This document shows, one piece after another, positions 27,789 through 32,000 of a stretch of DNA of 32,000 nucleotides (position 1 is the first letter of the stretch; the number at the start of each line of letters is the position of its first letter). Where the stretch lies: the NCBI RefSeq assembly GCF_050563455.1, contig NZ_CP191777.1:5955844-5987843 (forward strand), written 5' to 3'. Under the pieces are notes generated by a model. That model was not told the DNA's origin and did no database searches. It saw nothing but the letters and a program-made list of their open reading frames with translations. The position numbers and the translations under genes were made by a program. The stretch is from Crocosphaera watsonii WH 8501. GTDB taxonomy: Bacteria > Cyanobacteriota > Cyanobacteriia > Cyanobacteriales > Microcystaceae.

Positions 27789-28895
27789 ATGAAAGAGAGT
27801 ATTTTCAGAAAGTCATCTATTTTTGCCGCCTTAGGTAGTATATTTTTAATTATTATTTTTGCTATTTTATTATTTCAAGATAACAAAAGAGTCCATACTT
27901 TAGTATTAGTAACAGGGCAAAAAGAAGGTCAATATTATGCCTTTGGTCAAGCTTTATCTAAGGTCGTACATAATCATAATCATCGGATTAAAATCGAAGT
28001 TATAGAGAGCAATGATCCTCAAGAAAATCTTGAATTATTGCAGGGAAAAAAGGCAGAATTAGCCTTAGTTCAAAGTGATACAATTGTCAATAATTCCACC
28101 AAAGCAATTGCTTTTCTTTTTCCCGAGGTATTTCATTTAATGGTTCGTCAAGATGCTGGAATAAATGATATCAGTGATATTGAGGGAAAACGTATTGCTT
28201 TGATGTCAAAAGGCAGTGGTTCTTATAATATGTTTTGGAGATTGCAAGAACACTATCAATTAGATGTTGAGCAAATAAAGACTATTCCTTTACCAATTAC
28301 GGAAGCACATCAAGCATTAGAAGATGGAGAAGTCGATGGGTTATTTCGGGTTGTTTCCTTAGAAAATCCTGCGGTTATTCAATTACTCAGAAATCCTCAA
28401 ATAAAAATAATTCCTATTGATCAAGGAGCCGCTTTAAGATTAGAACTTCCTGCATTAGAAGTGATGTCAATTCCCAAAGGAAGTTATCATGGTGCTAGTC
28501 CCACACCTGCGGAAGATTTACCAGCCGTAGGAGTGCGAGCGGTTTTAATTACTAATAAAAAGATTAGTCGAGAAGTAATTTTTGAAATTACGAGAATATT
28601 GTACGAAGCAAGGAACGAATTAGTCCAGGAATTCATCCAAGCCGCTATGATTGAGCAGTGGGATGAAAGCCCACATTTAGGGTTTACATTTCATCCTGGT
28701 GCCTTGGATTATTATAATAAGGGTAATCCTAGTTTTATAGTAGAATATGCCGAAGCGATAGGCTTATGTTTATCCGTTTCAATGTTATTAATATCTAGTG
28801 TATGGCAACTCCGTTCCTGGTTCACAGGCAAACAAAAAAATAGAGCAGATTTATATAATTTACAACTACTGAAAATCATTGATAGTATTCAATAA
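27789..28895 (+). CDS. TAXI-family (TRAP-associated) periplasmic solute-binding protein with N- and C-terminal TM segments
   Basis: VLVTGQKEGQYYAFGQALSKVV... is typical of the TAXI/NMT1-like fold. It ends at TAA 28893-28895, and the same frame stays open to 29129. Confidence 0.7.
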   Translation: MKESIFRKSSIFAALGSIFLIIIFAILLFQDNKRVHTLVLVTGQKEGQYYAFGQALSKVVHNHNHRIKIEVIESNDPQENLELLQGKKAELALVQSDTIVNNSTKAIAFLFPEVFHLMVRQDAGINDISDIEGKRIALMSKGSGSYNMFWRLQEHYQLDVEQIKTIPLPITEAHQALEDGEVDGLFRVVSLENPAVIQLLRNPQIKIIPIDQGAALRLELPALEVMSIPKGSYHGASPTPAEDLPAVGVRAVLITNKKISREVIFEITRILYEARNELVQEFIQAAMIEQWDESPHLGFTFHPGALDYYNKGNPSFIVEYAEAIGLCLSVSMLLISSVWQLRSWFTGKQKNRADLYNLQLLKIIDSIQ

Positions 28896-29129
28896 ACAGA
28901 AGACTTACCACAATTAAAAAAAGTCCGAAGTCAGCTTTTAGAGATGTTAAATGAAGTAATTGTTGATTTAGATAAAGATTTAATTAGTCCTGAGTCTTTT
29001 CAATCATTTACATTTCCTTGGCAAGTTGCCTTATCAGCCACCTATCAGCGAGAAAATTATTTAGCTCGTTTAGAGAATGATCACCCTAGAAAAGTCGATG
29101 AAATTCAACAAATGAAGAATCAGATGTAG
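28896..29129 (+). CDS. Same-frame continuation of the TAXI-family gene (track ORF 28944-29129); either a C-terminal domain cut off by a nonsense codon or a separate small gene
   Basis: 77 sense codons are open directly after the TAA. No Shine-Dalgarno sequence precedes ATG 28944. The helical sequence continues smoothly (…LLKIIDSIQ*TEDLPQLKKVRSQLLEMLNEVIVDLDKD…). Confidence 0.4.
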   Translation, partial: TEDLPQLKKVRSQLLEMLNEVIVDLDKDLISPESFQSFTFPWQVALSATYQRENYLARLENDHPRKVDEIQQMKNQM

Positions 29130-29307
29130 CGAATAGTAAGTAGGGTGGGCAAATGGGACAATTGGATAGTTGACGAGAGTATTCTTAATCATTGCCCACC
29201 AAAACCGAGATCATTGTCTTGAAAGGGGAATGGTGGGCAAAATTAATCTCTAAGCACTATAAGAAGCAAGAATCTCCCGTTAAATCAAAGATTGTAAAGG
29301 GAGAGTG

Positions 29308-29916
29308 TCAACTAACAGGAACAGGAGGGTTACTGGCTGAGGGACGACGGTTAATTACCTGATCAATTAACCCATACTCTTGCGCTTCTTCTGCGGACAT
29401 AAAAAAGTCCCTTTCTGTATCTTCAGCAATCTTATCTAAGGGTTGTTCGGTATGACTAGCCAAATGGTTATTTAATAATCCCTTAAGATACAAAATTTCC
29501 TTAGCTTGAATTTCGATATCTGTTGCTTGGCCTTGGGCCCCACCGAGAGGTTGGTGAATCATGATCCGAGAGTTAGGAAGACTCATGCGCTTACCCTTGG
29601 TACCAGCGCTGAGAAGAAAAGCTCCCATACTAGCAGCTAAACCAATACAAATGGTACAAACATCAGGACGTATCTGATTCATGGTATCAAAAATACCTAA
29701 ACCTGCCGATACAGAACCACCAGGAGAGTTGATATAGAGGTAAATGTCCTTATCAGGGTCTTCTGCTTCGAGGAATAACAACTGAGCAACGATTAAATTG
29801 GAATTTTCATCTCTTACCTCTTGTCCGAGGAAGACAATACGTTCCCTTAAGAGACGAGAGTAAATATCAAAGGCCCGTTCCCCACGGCCAGAGGTTTCAA
29901 TAACGGTTGGAATCAT
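29308..29916 (-). CDS. clpP: ATP-dependent Clp protease proteolytic subunit
   Basis: [19 protein letters not shown]...INSPGGSV...[11 protein letters not shown] (active-site Ser)...MIHQPLGG. Confidence 0.93.
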   Translation of the reverse strand: MIPTVIETSGRGERAFDIYSRLLRERIVFLGQEVRDENSNLIVAQLLFLEAEDPDKDIYLYINSPGGSVSAGLGIFDTMNQIRPDVCTICIGLAASMGAFLLSAGTKGKRMSLPNSRIMIHQPLGGAQGQATDIEIQAKEILYLKGLLNNHLASHTEQPLDKIAEDTERDFFMSAEEAQEYGLIDQVINRRPSASNPPVPVS

Positions 29917-30054
29917 AAAGTCTCGATTTTTTTAGTTATTAGTTTTGATTTTAACGAGTTTTTGGGTCACTTATCAGTTAAGTCTTATTGTGACCCAAAG
30001 TTGCCAGACCCTGGTACGATAAATCCTGAAAGCTACTATAAAAAGATAATTAGG

Positions 30055-31218
30055 ATGACACATACAGATGGCATTGCCCCTCATGGGGGTCATTTAATTA
30101 ACCGTATCGCAACTCCGGCAGAAAAAGAGGAATTTTTAGCCCAAGCGGACAAATTACCGATAATTACCCTAGATAAAAGGGCCACCTCTGATTTAGTTAT
30201 GATTGCTATTGGTGGTTTTAGTCCCCTCAAAGGCTTTATGGAAAGGGCTGACTACGAAACCGTAGTTGAAGAAATGCACTTGAGCAATGGGGTTCCTTGG
30301 TCTATTCCGGTTACTCTATCCGTAAGTGAGGAAGTAGCTGACTCCCTCAAAGAAGGTAACTGGGTGAGATTAGACGATCCCAGTGGTAACTTTATTGGAG
30401 TTCTAGAATTAACCCAGAAATATCACTACAATAAAACCCACGAAGCTGTTAACGTCTATAGAACCGACGAAAGTAAACATCCAGGGGTTAAAGTTATTTA
30501 TGACCAAGGGGCTGTTAATTTAGCTGGCCCGGTTTGGTTATTAGAAAGGGACGATCATCTCTTATTCCCCAAATACCAAATTGATCCGGCCGAGTCTCGT
30601 AAACTATTTCAAGAAAGAGGATGGTCTACCGTTGTTGGGTTTCAAACCCGTAACCCCATCCACCGCGCCCACGAATATATTCAAAAATGCGCCTTAGAAG
30701 TGGTAGATGGACTCTTCTTGCATCCCCTTGTTGGTGCCACCAAAAGCGACGATATTCCGGCTGATGTACGGATGCGTTGTTATGAAATTATGATGGATAA
30801 CTATTTTCCCCAAAATCGGGTAATTTTAGCCATTAACCCCTCAGCCATGCGCTATGCTGGCCCAAGAGAAGCTATTTTCCACGCCATCGTCCGCAAAAAT
30901 TATGGCTGTACCCACTTTATTGTGGGACGAGATCACGCTGGTGTAGGAGACTATTACGGAACTTATGATGCACAGCATATTTTCGATGAATTTGATGCCG
31001 AAGCATTGGGTATTGTTCCCATGAAATTTGAACACGCTTTTTATTGTAAACGCACTGGACAAATGGCCACCAGTAAAACCAGTCCCAGTGCTAAAGAAGA
31101 ACGAATTCACCTATCAGGGACAAAAGTTCGAGAAATGTTAAGACGGGGAGAAATGCCACCTGCTCAGTTTTCTCGTCCTGAAGTCGCCGCCGAGTTAATT
31201 AAAGCAATGCAGGGTTGA
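30055..31218 (+). CDS. sat: Sulfate adenylyltransferase (ATP sulfurylase)
   Basis: [50 protein letters not shown] placed the start at ATG 30055 ([12 protein letters not shown]) rather than the TTG at 29962. Confidence 0.9.
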   Translation: MTHTDGIAPHGGHLINRIATPAEKEEFLAQADKLPIITLDKRATSDLVMIAIGGFSPLKGFMERADYETVVEEMHLSNGVPWSIPVTLSVSEEVADSLKEGNWVRLDDPSGNFIGVLELTQKYHYNKTHEAVNVYRTDESKHPGVKVIYDQGAVNLAGPVWLLERDDHLLFPKYQIDPAESRKLFQERGWSTVVGFQTRNPIHRAHEYIQKCALEVVDGLFLHPLVGATKSDDIPADVRMRCYEIMMDNYFPQNRVILAINPSAMRYAGPREAIFHAIVRKNYGCTHFIVGRDHAGVGDYYGTYDAQHIFDEFDAEALGIVPMKFEHAFYCKRTGQMATSKTSPSAKEERIHLSGTKVREMLRRGEMPPAQFSRPEVAAELIKAMQG

Positions 31219-31291
31219 TTAGAAGGGACGGGAGATGGGGGAGCTTTCTTGAGCAGAATATTAATATTGTTTCTAGTCTTCCCACACTTCT

Positions 31292-31358
31292 CTGTTACTG
31301 AGCGAAGTCGAAGTACACTTCCCACCCTCCCCTGTTACTGAGCGAAGTCGAAGTACAC
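31292..31358. repeat. Two perfect direct copies of a 27-bp unit (CTGTTACTGAGCGAAGTCGAAGTACAC), 40 bp apart start to start
   Basis: The copies read at 31292-31318 and 31332-31358. They lie in the intergenic region between sat and the caspase-like gene. Confidence 0.95.
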
Positions 31359-31450
31359 CCTCTACTCCCGTAAACCACGATTTGTAATAGAATAAATGAA
31401 GCCCACAAAATGGTAATAGCGGTATCTTCCCAACAGAGCAAACACAAATC

Positions 31451-32000
31451 ATGAAATGGGATCGACGCACTTTTTTACAGACCTTACTCACCTGGGGGGT
31501 CGCTCAAGAAAGCCTTAAATGGCTATATCCAAATCGAAAAGTTCAAAAATACTATCAAACCTTAGCAGAACCCACCTCTCGGAAATTAGCTTTATTGGTG
31601 GGCATTAATGATTATGGACAAAGATACAACCTCAAAGGTTGTATTACTGATGTTGAACTACAAAAAGATTTACTGATCCATCGCTTTGGGTTTAATCCCC
31701 AAGACATACTCACTTTGACCGATAAAGAAGCCACCAGTCAAGGCATAGAAACTGCCTTTGTGGAACATTTAATCAAACAAGCCAAAGCGGGAGATGTGGT
31801 AATCTTCCATTTTAGCGGTTATGGAAATTACATTAACGTTCCTTCTGAGCTTATACCTAACTCTAATAAACAACTAGCAGGGATTATTCCTCAAGACGGA
31901 ATCAGATTAAAAATAGGAAAGCCTAGCACCAAGAATATTCTTGGGGAAACCCTGCGCTTATTGGGGCGCGCGCTTTCCACAGAGAAAGTAACTATGGTTT
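31451..32000 (+). CDS. Caspase-family (C14) orthocaspase homolog, partial (runs off the window), with a Tat-type signal and Tyr at the catalytic His position
   Basis: Own translation: MKWDRRTFLQTLL...RKLALLVGINDYGQRYNLKGCITDVELQKDLL...GDVVIFHFSGYGNYI.... The ORF track misses it because it is open at base 32000. Confidence 0.75.
   Translation, partial: MKWDRRTFLQTLLTWGVAQESLKWLYPNRKVQKYYQTLAEPTSRKLALLVGINDYGQRYNLKGCITDVELQKDLLIHRFGFNPQDILTLTDKEATSQGIETAFVEHLIKQAKAGDVVIFHFSGYGNYINVPSELIPNSNKQLAGIIPQDGIRLKIGKPSTKNILGETLRLLGRALSTEKVTMV

Noticed and set aside
29962-30054. N-terminal extensions suggested by the track for sat (TTG 29962), and likewise for dtd (5865), lpxC (16718) and the small ORF (12861)
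   Set aside because: The conserved protein sequences begin at the internal ATG codons, and the extensions are AT-rich and non-conserved in appearance.
31273-31491. 72-aa minus-strand ORF
   Set aside because: It is built across the 27-bp direct repeats and overlaps the start of the better-supported caspase-like gene on the opposite strand. It has no motif support.

Overview
The window is a cyanobacterial chromosomal segment. Supporting evidence: at least 13 HIP1 octamers (GCGATCGC), phycobilisome genes, an Omp85/BamA-lpxC pair, a group-2 sigma factor and an orthocaspase. By eye it is AT-rich overall. A unicellular Cyanothece/Crocosphaera-like origin is only an inference. Well-supported core genes are cpcG, cpcS, dtd, purC, bamA, lpxC, a codA-like deaminase, a sigma-70 group-2 factor, a DUF21-CBS protein, a TAXI-type binding protein, clpP and sat. 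Four AT-rich accessory or mobile islands sit between them: (i) 1-3460 holds a broken NACHT/NLR-like NTPase, a cpcG-paralog remnant and a decayed vapBC cassette. (ii) 6400-12469 holds a Cph1-like phytochrome histidine kinase cut off just after its H-box by a nested cluster of three IS elements, bracketed by a 21-bp perfect inverted repeat. (iii) 17776-19783 holds a decayed IS1380-like element. (iv) 19825-23318 holds a GH18-like gene and a GtrB-type GT2 / GT-C-like membrane glycosylation module. The most unusual window-wide signal is gene interruption. Six single in-frame stop codons split five otherwise continuous reading frames, including two non-mobile genes. Four frameshifts all sit in homopolymer runs. 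Other leads are a CpcD-domain/DUF1816 fusion co-oriented with cpcS and cpcG, a Tat-signal orthocaspase with Tyr in place of the catalytic His, heptanucleotide repeats built into both ends of a coding sequence, and a 19-bp perfect hairpin between purC and bamA. The ORF track omits the ORFs that run off both window edges. I found no rRNA, tRNA or CRISPR array. I cannot point to one clearly novel multi-gene system; the candidates are listed with their uncertainty.
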